Shown here: piece by piece, positions 8,559 to 17,298 of the stretch
How positions within the stretch are numbered: position 1 is the first letter of the stretch
Layout: each line of letters opens with the position of its first letter
Virus record (IMG/VR): IMGVR_UViG_3300030385_002649
Coordinates: 248,001 to 312,000 of that record
DNA length: 64,000 nt
Reading direction: 5' to 3' (one strand)
Position numbers and translations under genes: made by a program
The notes under the pieces: model-generated
What the model saw: only the letters and a program-made list of their open reading frames with translations
Told to the model about the DNA's origin: nothing
The model's database searches: none

Positions 8559-11500
8559 ATGGTTCATGTTAAAGATTGGGGCACGCTTAAGAAGCTGACC
8601 GCTAAATTGCTAGCGGTCAAGAAGCTGCGCGAGCCCTATATAAGCAAATTGAAGTTCGAGCTTAAAGAGATCGACAAGCAGGGCGCGAACCGCTACTGGC
8701 TAGATCTATTTAATAGCCGAGAAAAATTCAATCACAACAAAAACGGTCTAGTCTTGCCGTACATCTTGGGCTTAACGAAGATTGATCCAATCGACAGGGG
8801 TATTCCACACAAGGTCGAATACCATCCTGACTTCCCTGATATTGATATCGACTTCTTACCAGAAGCTAGAGAGCACGTCAAGAAGTATGCTAAAAAACAA
8901 TATGGCGACGATTTCGTTTGTACTGTTGGCATGTGGATTAGGTATAAGACCAAGTTGGCGCTCCAAGACGCCGCTACCGCGCTTGGCGTCAACCGTGGAG
9001 AAGTCATTGCGGTTTGTAAGCACCTTCCTGAAGAATTTGACACAATGCCTTTCGATCAAGCTTATGAAGAATTCGAGAATTTCAAGATCTTCGCTGATGA
9101 AAACCCAGAGCTTGTAAGACTAGCTTATGGCATGACTGGAAAGATTAAAGCTCAGAGTAAGCACGCTGGCGGATTGATCATTTCTAGCGTCCCGATTAGA
9201 GATCACGTCCCTCTGACTTATTCTGGCAAGAAAGGTGATAAACAGTGGACCTCCGAGTGGACTGAAGGCATGGCCGACTCTCAGTTGTCGAAGTTCGGTC
9301 TTGTAAAGTTCGACATTCTCGGGCTCATTAATATCGCTTATATTTGGAACTGCAAGAAGTTGGTCGCTAAAAACCACGGAGTGAAAATCGACTTCGAGGA
9401 TATCGATCCCGAAGATGACAGGGCGGGCTGGGCAGAATACGCTGATGGCCGAGTAGAAAAAATCCTGCTCAACGATCCTGATACGCTAGAGGCCGCTGAC
9501 AACCTAAAATTAGCTTCTATCTTCCAGTTCGACACTGATTTCCAACAGAGTGTTGTAGAAAAAGGTGGCGTCAGATCTTTCATGGACTTGGTAATCTATA
9601 CTAGTCTTGGTAGACCTGGTCCGCTTCCTATGATTGATGTCTATATTGGAAACCGAGACGACCAATTAGAAGGGTGGAACGACGTTTTACATCCTATCAT
9701 GAAGGATATCCTAAAAGAAACTAAGGGCGTACTAACATTCCAAGAACAGCTTCTTAGAACGTGGACCGAACTCTGTGGCTTCACAATGCCTGAAGCTGAG
9801 TCTGCGCAGAAGGCAGTTAAAAAGAAGAGGATCGAAATCCTGGATAAGATTGGTCCTAAGGTTATCGAGGGTGCAGCTGGGCTGATCGGCCAGGATGAGG
9901 CTGAAGCTCTCTGGGATAAGATGGTCAGCTTTGGTCGTTACTGCTTCAACAAATGTCTTGCTTCTGACACCATAATTATAGACCCGCTTACCAATGAGTC
10001 TATGACGATTGAAGAATTATATCAATCTAAAAAATCGTTTAATTTGTTATCGTATGATGGTAATAAACCTTTCATAGATGAAGTGGTTGATGTTTATTAT
10101 AATGGAAAACAAGAAGTTTTCGAAATAGAATTTAGCCATGGCATTAAACAAACGGTGACCATTGGTCATAAATTTATGAATGAATTTGGAGAGATGGAAG
10201 AAGTTTCTTCATTATTAGAGTCTGGTCATGCTATCAAATATATAAGAGATGGAGTGATTAATGTACAAGAAAGTAAACGATCAAATAGAACTGAAAATTG
10301 TCGAGCTTTATCAAAACAGGTTGACTTACAATCAAATTTTGAAAGAGATAGAAATAAAATTGAGCCATGGGACGATAACTCGAGTGATAAAAAAACACGG
10401 CGTGAAGAGGAAATTCTTAACCAAAGCATGCAACACAGTGGATCACCATTATTTCGAGAATATAAATTCTTCGGAGAAAGCCTATTGGTTGGGCATGTTG
10501 ATAGCAGATGGTTATATTCACGAGGCAAGAGGATATGTGAGCTTGCAACTTCATCACAAAGACCAAAGCTTAGTAAAGAAATTTGGAGAAGATTTGAAGT
10601 CGCCAAGAAAAATATTGACTTGTCGAAAAGGAGATTTTACACAAATGCGGAGTACGGTAAGCAGCAAGAAGATGATTGCGGATTTGAAACGTCTTGGTGT
10701 CATACAAGGGAAGTCTACCAAGGAAACTATTCCGGACGTTCCATTCATGTCACACCTATTAAGGGGGTTGATGGATGGGGACGGATGTATTGTGGTCAAT
10801 TCGAAAGGGTACCCAATGATAAGACTTGGGTCGAGTTTTGCTTGTTTAGAGAAAGTGAGAACCATTTTAGTTTCCGAATGTGGGGTGAGGGCTTCAAAGA
10901 TTACGGAATATCAAAACAATTTTTGTGCTATTTGCTGGACTGGTTTGTCTCAGACCCAGGCGATACTGAAGTTTTTGTATCAAGATGCCACAAGATTTCT
11001 GCTAAGGAAAAAGCAAATGGCCGATGCAATATTGTCAGCATTAGAAATCTCGGAGTTAAAAAGACTTATTCCCCAGAGATGACGTCCGATCATCATAATT
11101 ATCTTACAAAACCGCAGAATGGAGAAGTGGTTCATGCTAATAGCCACGCAGTCGCGTATATCATGGTCGCTTATAGGTGTTTGTGGTTGAAGACTTATTA
11201 TCCTGCTGAATGGTGGGCTTCAGTCTTGAGCCATTGCCCTGCCCACAAGTTCGTACGTTATATGGGCGCTGCAAGAACTGACAAAATCGCCTTTGGCACG
11301 CTAGACGTGGACAACCTGACCAAAGACTTCACAGTCCAAAAAGGGAGCATTATTCCTGGTCTATCGTCTATCAAAGGAATCGGAGACGAAACCGCCCAAA
11401 ACTTGGAGGACGAAAGTGCTAAAGGTACGTTCGAGGGGATTGAAGAGTTCATCGAACGGTGTGGCAAGAGTAAGGCTAACCTAGAGAGGCTGGTCAAGCT

Positions 11501-12344
11501 AGGCGCTTTCGACAACATCAACCCTAATAGGAAAGCTCTCTGGATGTGGTACCTATACAAATACGCCACTGGGAAAGAAATCACCGAGCTTAGAAGACAG
11601 ATTGATTATTGCTATACTTGGTCGCCCCTCGCCGTTCAAGAAGAACGGGATAGACAGAAGATTGAGTATAAGAGACAATATCAAAACAGAAAAATTCCTA
11701 AGCGAATCACAACTTGGATTCCGGCTGCCCCTTCTGTTACGCCGCGCGTGTTCAATCCTGATGTGGAGCTTACGAAAGAAGATATTCGGCTTGGCAAAAA
11801 GTTTAAGCTTGATTATGAACAAGTTGTCGCGTTGTTCCCAACGGATTTTAAGTTGGCAGAGCGGCTGGAAGCCGAGCACGATTACTTGGGCTTTTATTGG
11901 AGTTCTCCACTCGACATGTTTCAACACTCTGACAACACTACTATTGAATTCGCAAAGACTTGCGGACTTATTGAATGTGTTATCGAGGAGAAATTTGTTA
12001 GGCAGGGAACAAACGGAGAATATTGCATTCTAAACGTGAACGATGGTCAAGCGACTGCTCGTGTTAACGTTTGGGGCAATGAGGTGCACCTTAACGATCC
12101 TGAAGTTCTTCAGCCTGGAACAGGTGTCCAAATGGAGGTCATTTGGAAGGATCAATATAGGAGCTTTAGTTTGAAGGCACGGTCGATCATTATACCGTTG
12201 CCCTTCAAAGAAGAGGACGAAGACGACACATACTTTAAAGAGTTGTCTAAGGCCACCACTTCAGGTTCTGATGAACTTGACGAATTAAAAGAAATGTTGG
12301 AGAATATCGATGATCTTGAAAGAGATTTCAATGAAGCAGAGTGA
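8559..12344 (+). CDS. dnaE: DNA polymerase III alpha, C-terminal part (palm/fingers/HhH/OB) containing an intein
   Basis: PDIDIDF, KHAGG, LVKFDILGL, IFQF, RPGP, FQEQ, YCFNK|SHAVAY, GLSSIKGIG, E..YLGFY.S. Confidence 0.95.
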   Translation: MVHVKDWGTLKKLTAKLLAVKKLREPYISKLKFELKEIDKQGANRYWLDLFNSREKFNHNKNGLVLPYILGLTKIDPIDRGIPHKVEYHPDFPDIDIDFLPEAREHVKKYAKKQYGDDFVCTVGMWIRYKTKLALQDAATALGVNRGEVIAVCKHLPEEFDTMPFDQAYEEFENFKIFADENPELVRLAYGMTGKIKAQSKHAGGLIISSVPIRDHVPLTYSGKKGDKQWTSEWTEGMADSQLSKFGLVKFDILGLINIAYIWNCKKLVAKNHGVKIDFEDIDPEDDRAGWAEYADGRVEKILLNDPDTLEAADNLKLASIFQFDTDFQQSVVEKGGVRSFMDLVIYTSLGRPGPLPMIDVYIGNRDDQLEGWNDVLHPIMKDILKETKGVLTFQEQLLRTWTELCGFTMPEAESAQKAVKKKRIEILDKIGPKVIEGAAGLIGQDEAEALWDKMVSFGRYCFNKCLASDTIIIDPLTNESMTIEELYQSKKSFNLLSYDGNKPFIDEVVDVYYNGKQEVFEIEFSHGIKQTVTIGHKFMNEFGEMEEVSSLLESGHAIKYIRDGVINVQESKRSNRTENCRALSKQVDLQSNFERDRNKIEPWDDNSSDKKTRREEEILNQSMQHSGSPLFREYKFFGESLLVGHVDSRWLYSRGKRICELATSSQRPKLSKEIWRRFEVAKKNIDLSKRRFYTNAEYGKQQEDDCGFETSWCHTREVYQGNYSGRSIHVTPIKGVDGWGRMYCGQFERVPNDKTWVEFCLFRESENHFSFRMWGEGFKDYGISKQFLCYLLDWFVSDPGDTEVFVSRCHKISAKEKANGRCNIVSIRNLGVKKTYSPEMTSDHHNYLTKPQNGEVVHANSHAVAYIMVAYRCLWLKTYYPAEWWASVLSHCPAHKFVRYMGAARTDKIAFGTLDVDNLTKDFTVQKGSIIPGLSSIKGIGDETAQNLEDESAKGTFEGIEEFIERCGKSKANLERLVKLGAFDNINPNRKALWMWYLYKYATGKEITELRRQIDYCYTWSPLAVQEERDRQKIEYKRQYQNRKIPKRITTWIPAAPSVTPRVFNPDVELTKEDIRLGKKFKLDYEQVVALFPTDFKLAERLEAEHDYLGFYWSSPLDMFQHSDNTTIEFAKTCGLIECVIEEKFVRQGTNGEYCILNVNDGQATARVNVWGNEVHLNDPEVLQPGTGVQMEVIWKDQYRSFSLKARSIIIPLPFKEEDEDDTYFKELSKATTSGSDELDELKEMLENIDDLERDFNEAE
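9954..11141 (+). mobile_element. intein (396 aa) in DnaE at FNK|SHA
   Basis: Starts CLASDT (Cys1), block B T..H (VTIGHKF), block F IVSIRNLGVKKTY, ends VHAN before Ser+1. Removing it restores FNKSHAVAY. AT-richer than the exteins. Confidence 0.93.
10261..11082 (+). CDS. LAGLIDADG homing endonuclease with N-terminal HTH, in the +1 frame inside the intein
   Basis: AYWLGMLIADG and LLRGLMDGDG motifs; GGAG at 10251-54, 6 nt before the ATG; in-frame TGA at 10255-57. Confidence 0.9.
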   Translation: MYKKVNDQIELKIVELYQNRLTYNQILKEIEIKLSHGTITRVIKKHGVKRKFLTKACNTVDHHYFENINSSEKAYWLGMLIADGYIHEARGYVSLQLHHKDQSLVKKFGEDLKSPRKILTCRKGDFTQMRSTVSSKKMIADLKRLGVIQGKSTKETIPDVPFMSHLLRGLMDGDGCIVVNSKGYPMIRLGSSFACLEKVRTILVSECGVRASKITEYQNNFCAICWTGLSQTQAILKFLYQDATRFLLRKKQMADAILSALEISELKRLIPQR

Positions 12345-12864
12345 ACTTGATTCGTGGAGAATGCCTGGCATGGCTCCTATCGTCTCAATCGAAAAGCTTT
12401 CAAAAGAAGTAAAGTCGAACTATATCGTCGCCACGTCTGGCGGATATGACCCAATCCATCCGGGGCATATTAGTTGCATGCTTGAAGCTAGCAAACTAAA
12501 CAAGGTCTTGGTTGTGATTGTAAACGGTGACTGGTTCTTGAAGAATAAAAAGGGTAAAGCCTTCCAAGACTTGAAGGCCAGGTGTCAAATTGTCGCATCT
12601 ATTGCGTGTGTGGATTATGTGGTTCCATTCCCTATTGAAGGAGATAAGTCCGTCAGCCAAGCTATTGAGCAAATGCGCCCATTCATTTTCGCTAAGGGAG
12701 GGGATCGCACTGACGCTCAGAACATTGCGGAATGGGAGACCTGCGAAGCAGTTGGCACGCGGATTGTGACTGGAGTCGGCCATCCAAAGCACTGGAGCAG
12801 TTCTGATTTCCTGAAGGATTGGGGCGAATTTGTCAAAAAGGGCTTCTTAGCAGGCAACCGATAA
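12331..12864 (+). CDS. cytidylyltransferase (RfaE domain II/TagD-like)
   Basis: SGGYDPIHPGH (HxGH), VIVNGD, VDYVV, KGGDR, SSS. Confidence 0.88.
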   Translation: MKQSELDSWRMPGMAPIVSIEKLSKEVKSNYIVATSGGYDPIHPGHISCMLEASKLNKVLVVIVNGDWFLKNKKGKAFQDLKARCQIVASIACVDYVVPFPIEGDKSVSQAIEQMRPFIFAKGGDRTDAQNIAEWETCEAVGTRIVTGVGHPKHWSSSDFLKDWGEFVKKGFLAGNR

Positions 12865-12906
12865 CTATTGAAGTCCATAGGAGTACCTAGAATTTAGGAG
12901 GCTCCT

Positions 12907-13206
12907 ATGGACTTCACTGTTGTTAAAACCGCGCTTGAAACCGCTGGTTTATCTGTGTATAAAATGGACTTTCCGATCACCCTGGTCGGAGATACCGAAG
13001 AAACTACAATACCATTAGCGGCTAAATGCTTCCGCGTCAATAGTATAGAAAAAATTGTAGAATTCTTTGAGCACCATAAAGAAAATGGCATAAAAACTGT
13101 ATACCTTTATAAAGTATTGGCTCCTGATGACAACGATAAACTTTATAGAGTCAGAGCGGCCTGGCATTTGGATGCTAACGGTCCTAATGATACATATGTG
13201 CTATAA
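12907..13206 (+). CDS. hypothetical protein
   Basis: AGGAGG RBS. Confidence 0.65.
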   Translation: MDFTVVKTALETAGLSVYKMDFPITLVGDTEETTIPLAAKCFRVNSIEKIVEFFEHHKENGIKTVYLYKVLAPDDNDKLYRVRAAWHLDANGPNDTYVL

Positions 13207-13640
13207 TGTTGTTAGGCGACAAAAAAGGGATTATCTGCGATTTCTGCGGACTCACATATAAAGAAAAGTTTTCTTACTACCCTGTCGAAACCGTAAAGAT
13301 TAAAGTCGTCAATAGCATGACGGTTGGAAAATCTACGGCCAAATTCGACAAAGATGTATGCGACCAGTGTTACGCTGACCTTTTAGCTGAAGTCGAGAAA
13401 AACCTTGGCACTTGCAAAAGAGGTTTTATCAAGTGTGATTTGTCTAAGACACAGCGTAACGGCACATTCAACTATTATATTATGAATTTCCACAAAGTGA
13501 CTGTGGACGTAGACGCTGAGCCTACTTCGGAAGTCGAACGTCAAGTTATGGACTTGAACGTCATTGACGGTTTTGATGCGCTTGCCAAGAAAGTAGAAGT
13601 AGCTAGAGAAAAGACAAATAAGCAAGGTGGTTGGTCATGA
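13206..13640 (+). CDS. hypothetical Zn-finger protein
   Basis: CDFC...CDQC. Confidence 0.6.
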   Translation: MLLGDKKGIICDFCGLTYKEKFSYYPVETVKIKVVNSMTVGKSTAKFDKDVCDQCYADLLAEVEKNLGTCKRGFIKCDLSKTQRNGTFNYYIMNFHKVTVDVDAEPTSEVERQVMDLNVIDGFDALAKKVEVAREKTNKQGGWS

Positions 13641-14050
13641 GCTATGCATACGATTTACTCTACGTTACGATTGGTAACGAAGAAGTTGGAGCTAGACCTA
13701 CAGCGTGGGATGCTCAAGATGAAACCGGCCAGGGCGTAGACATCGCAGGCAAGGAAATCAACGCCATCGCTTGGATGACAACTTGTCCTGGTTGCGGCGA
13801 GATGGTCGATGTTCTCAAGCCTGGGTTGTACATTGCCACAGATGGCACCGAGTTTTGTTTTTCGTGTATTTCGTGCGGCGCTGGGAAAGAAGTTAAGAAA
13901 CTGCAGTTTTCTACTGAAGTAGAGGTAGTGAAGAAAGAAACCCCTGATGTCGCTGTTTTCATTGATCCGATTAAGGAAGGTCTGTTCGACAATGAAGTCG
14001 ATCATGACGTGCTACTTAGTCTAGACGAGGGACTAATCGAACTTTTCTAA
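13637..14050 (+). CDS. hypothetical Zn-finger protein
   Basis: CPGC...CISC; ATGA overlap. Confidence 0.6.
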   Translation: MSYAYDLLYVTIGNEEVGARPTAWDAQDETGQGVDIAGKEINAIAWMTTCPGCGEMVDVLKPGLYIATDGTEFCFSCISCGAGKEVKKLQFSTEVEVVKKETPDVAVFIDPIKEGLFDNEVDHDVLLSLDEGLIELF

Positions 14051-14461
14051 ACGATAATAAGTCTTGCGCGCTTTTCTCTTCTTAGAGAAGGACCATTTGT
14101 CTGAGTTTTTTAGAGCGTTACGGAGTTGTAGAGAGAATTTGCTCAAGTTTTGAGGTGTGACGTCGATGCCAGCTATATCCATTAACTTGTTTCCTTCTAC
14201 CCAGAACTCATCGACGTCTCTTGCCTCGCTAAATGCCGTTTCTAGGTATTTCAAAGCCTTGCCGATTTTTTCGTCTCTATCAGCAGTATTCTTAGCCTTC
14301 TTGCTGCTCTTTTGTTTTTTTAATTTGGCCCTTTCAATGAATCCTTTAGTATGAACGACAATGTCAGACTTCAAAGATTCAACTTTTTTGTTGATCTCTT
14401 CCTCAATGTTGAGGTTGATGTCAATGTCAATGATTTCGACTTTTTTTCTACGACTGCGCAT
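14033..14461 (-). CDS. basic hypothetical protein, possibly DNA-binding
   Basis: Lys-rich ORF with GAGG upstream. Confidence 0.55.
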   Translation of the reverse strand: MRSRRKKVEIIDIDINLNIEEEINKKVESLKSDIVVHTKGFIERAKLKKQKSSKKAKNTADRDEKIGKALKYLETAFSEARDVDEFWVEGNKLMDIAGIDVTPQNLSKFSLQLRNALKNSDKWSFSKKRKARKTYYRLEKFD

Positions 14462-14472
14462 AAGGCCCTCAA

Positions 14473-15366
14473 ATGATTGATTTTAGCGAAACCTGTATTC
14501 TTACTGGCTCTACTGACAATTTAAATACCAGCATGGTCATCTCTTTCGATGAAGAGGAATACAAAGTTATTGTAAGCGATGAAGCAGAAGATAACGCGAC
14601 TCCTAAAGCCATAAAGGCCGCTCTAAAAATCAAGATCGCCGAAAAACTCAAAGAAAAAGAAGCCAAGAAAGAAAAACTCAAAGAACTGTTAGAAATCGCT
14701 AAAGAACTAGGGTTCGAATTGACGCCTACAAGGCCAAGCGCTCAAAACAGCCTTATTATACCAACACAAATCCAAGAAGGCCGCCAACCCGCCGTAGCGA
14801 TGCATCCGCCGCCTGATCTTTCTAATTCTCCTATCATAGAACAAAAAGGAGCGAAATTTGTCGTACAGCGCAACAGCAGAAATAATACCAAGGGAGACGG
14901 GCTTACAGCAGAGGAAGCAGCTGCCTCCCTCGAAAATGCTAAAAGAAGAAGCGTTGGAGGGGCTGGTCGTTCAGCGGGCTCACAAGCTGGCAGACACAGC
15001 TCACACCATCTTCCCCAGGAGGTCCAAACCCGTTCAGGAGAAACGTTTCAAAGACCTGAGCAGATTACCAAGAAGAATCAGGTGGTCAAGGGCCGTTTGG
15101 GCATTCCTACTACAATCCCTAAAACTCTTATGGGAACCGATGGAACAACTGAAATCGAAATTGTAAACACTGGTGGGAATGAAGCTCTAAAAAGAAGAAT
15201 GCAAGTTCTCAATGAAGCCAGAATGCAAGCAGAAGCGCGTGGCGTTTCAGCCGGTGATCAACCAATTGATTCTCTGAACGCATGTCCAAGTTGCGACGGA
15301 GTAGGTAAAGTTAAGGGGCGCTCTTGTGTTAGATGCTCCGGAATGGGATGGATGGGATATGTCTGA
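14473..15366 (+). CDS. hypothetical protein with C-terminal DnaJ-type CxxCxGxG Zn finger
   Basis: CPSCDGVG...CVRCSGMG. Confidence 0.65.
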   Translation: MIDFSETCILTGSTDNLNTSMVISFDEEEYKVIVSDEAEDNATPKAIKAALKIKIAEKLKEKEAKKEKLKELLEIAKELGFELTPTRPSAQNSLIIPTQIQEGRQPAVAMHPPPDLSNSPIIEQKGAKFVVQRNSRNNTKGDGLTAEEAAASLENAKRRSVGGAGRSAGSQAGRHSSHHLPQEVQTRSGETFQRPEQITKKNQVVKGRLGIPTTIPKTLMGTDGTTEIEIVNTGGNEALKRRMQVLNEARMQAEARGVSAGDQPIDSLNACPSCDGVGKVKGRSCVRCSGMGWMGYV

Positions 15367-15847
15367 GTCAGACAACGAAAAGATTGATTTTAGTGGGCAC
15401 AAGATCGAAGAAGACCAGGTTTGTGTCCTCAATGTGCCAGTTGGTAAGCTGGACACTGAACAAGCGTCGAATTACCTAAAAGCCGTGGCTCATTCCTTTA
15501 AAGAGGAAACAGAGCGCGCAGGCGTGTCTAAAGTGGCGTTTTTCGTATTTCCGAAGAACAGAGACGGGACCACGACGGACCTCTCCGTATTCACGCCTAA
15601 GGATGGTGAACACTATATCATTCAAGCGCCAGTGGATGGTCTGCCAGCTAAAGAACGGGTTATGTATCTCAAGATGCTGAAAGAGCAATTGAAGGAAGAG
15701 TGGCCAAACAAGAAATGTACAATCTCTGTACTTCCAGTTGGAGCGACCGTGAAGGTGCAGGGCGGGACACCTGGTTTTCTGCGGCCACTAGATTCCGTAA
15801 ACAAGGATGCTTCTACGCGCCTTTCGTCTCCTTGGTCACCATTTTAG
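15359..15847 (+). CDS. hypothetical protein with an internal tandem repeat
   Basis: VLNVPVGKLDTEQASNYLK / IIQAPVDGLPAKERVMYLK. Confidence 0.6.
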   Translation: MSESDNEKIDFSGHKIEEDQVCVLNVPVGKLDTEQASNYLKAVAHSFKEETERAGVSKVAFFVFPKNRDGTTTDLSVFTPKDGEHYIIQAPVDGLPAKERVMYLKMLKEQLKEEWPNKKCTISVLPVGATVKVQGGTPGFLRPLDSVNKDASTRLSSPWSPF

Positions 15848-15913
15848 ACCACTGGGATAAGTTTCCGAAGAAATTGGCAAAATTTGATCTAAAGTTTGTT
15901 GATTTTTCGGAAA

Positions 15914-16399
15914 CTAGCGATAACGCTTGCCAAAAGACCTAGGACCGCGCCTCATCGTAGGACTCACAGACTTCTGTCTGCCATGATCCTGCGCTGGACC
16001 GTTGCCTACCGAAAAGCCGTCTTTTCCACTACTACCACGACCAAGCGGGTCGTTTTGATCGACGTCAGATAACTCGGCGTCGTCCCCAACCTTCGTGTTA
16101 GAAATGCCTCTTTCATAAGGCTGGCCCATAACTTCGAAAGACTGTTGGCCAGCCTTATTTGGCTCTGGGTGAATGCCACCGCTTTGTTGTGGGCCACGGT
16201 TTTGAGTTACAGTTCCTTGAACATCATCTCTACCCATAAATTTTCTATGTCTAGGGTTAGCTGGTGGGGCTAAGCTTCCAGAGCGCTGAGGGAACTGCTT
16301 GGAGTGTTGGGCGGGGTCATAATTAAGCCCGTACTTTTTTGCTTGCTTTGGGTCTAATTTGGGCAGAAAATTAGCTTCGTGCAGAGCGTTAAGTTTCAT
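15914..16399 (-). CDS. putative internal head protein, low complexity
   Basis: N-terminal MKLNALHEA (L-x-E). Confidence 0.5.
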   Translation of the reverse strand: MKLNALHEANFLPKLDPKQAKKYGLNYDPAQHSKQFPQRSGSLAPPANPRHRKFMGRDDVQGTVTQNRGPQQSGGIHPEPNKAGQQSFEVMGQPYERGISNTKVGDDAELSDVDQNDPLGRGSSGKDGFSVGNGPAQDHGRQKSVSPTMRRGPRSFGKRYR

Positions 16400-16927
16400 T
16401 TAGAAACCTTCTAATTTGCCTTTGTCATGCTCGTCGCCCTCTGGGTAAGAACCGCCACCAGCGAATGGTTCGGTGTACTCATCCTTGCGACTATCGGCGT
16501 TGGTTGTGACGTCAACCATATCTTCCAAGTTAGTGTTCCAACCTGAATCTTGCTCGCCGGGATCAGAAGACAACTCGTCGACTAGGCTATCAATATGGCC
16601 TAATGCAGACTCTACAGCTTTATCTGGGACTGCTCGCTGTCGTAGTTCTCTTTCGAATGACAGTTTAAATGTATCGTTGTCGATATATTTATAGTTGTGA
16701 GTTTGGAAGAATGCTGATGTCATCGCGTCTTCGTGTGTCTCACCTGCCACTTTAAGCTTGAAAGCATCGTCGATACCCTCCCACCTAAACTGAGAATTAT
16801 GAGCTGTTTCGTCACCATCATGCTTGACCATATCAAGCATGTCTGACAAAGCAGTATCCTCGGCTAACACATTAGCGCGGAGGGTGCCCTTAAAAGCTTC
16901 TAAAAGTTGTTTCTCGAGATCTCTCAT
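16400..16927 (-). CDS. putative internal head/core protein
   Basis: acidic; LLE and LAE motifs near the N-terminus. Confidence 0.5.
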   Translation of the reverse strand: MRDLEKQLLEAFKGTLRANVLAEDTALSDMLDMVKHDGDETAHNSQFRWEGIDDAFKLKVAGETHEDAMTSAFFQTHNYKYIDNDTFKLSFERELRQRAVPDKAVESALGHIDSLVDELSSDPGEQDSGWNTNLEDMVDVTTNADSRKDEYTEPFAGGGSYPEGDEHDKGKLEGF

Positions 16928-17010
16928 ACTGCCCCTGTACTAGGTTTCTCCGTATGTAGTTTTGAGTAACCAAAACTATCCGTGTTTTTAATTACGAATA
17001 AAGGGACTAA

Positions 17011-17298
17011 ATGTTTAATCAATTCGATGTGGTACAATTATCCACCACTAAAGGAATAAGATTCTTGTCGGGGCCTCAAGGAGGGGCTACTGATCCTCAC
17101 GGAAATTGGTCTATTATAGGATTTGTAGAACTAGATGCAATAATCGCTAAGGATACAACTATTGTTCGCGTGCCTGTAGCCGATTTAAAAAAGGTCGCCT
17201 CATACAATCTTGATAGCTTTATGTCCAAAATCCAAAACGCTGGGTATTTAAAAGACAGAAAGAATAATGATCATGGCAAAAAAGAAAGTAGCGAGTAA
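17011..17298 (+). CDS. hypothetical protein
   Basis: ORF upstream of recA. Confidence 0.6.
   Translation: MFNQFDVVQLSTTKGIRFLSGPQGGATDPHGNWSIIGFVELDAIIAKDTTIVRVPVADLKKVASYNLDSFMSKIQNAGYLKDRKNNDHGKKESSE

Noticed and set aside
7600-8700. Trans-splicing split intein or intron joining the dnaE halves
   Set aside because: No intein N- or C-blocks at the gene termini; the gap is filled by two ordinary ORFs; the halves overlap in homology rather than abut.
10255-11082. Two compensating sequencing frameshifts in an ordinary intein
   Set aside because: That would not leave the alternate frame free of stops for 273 codons, and the nuclease has its own RBS and ATG. Reads should still be checked.
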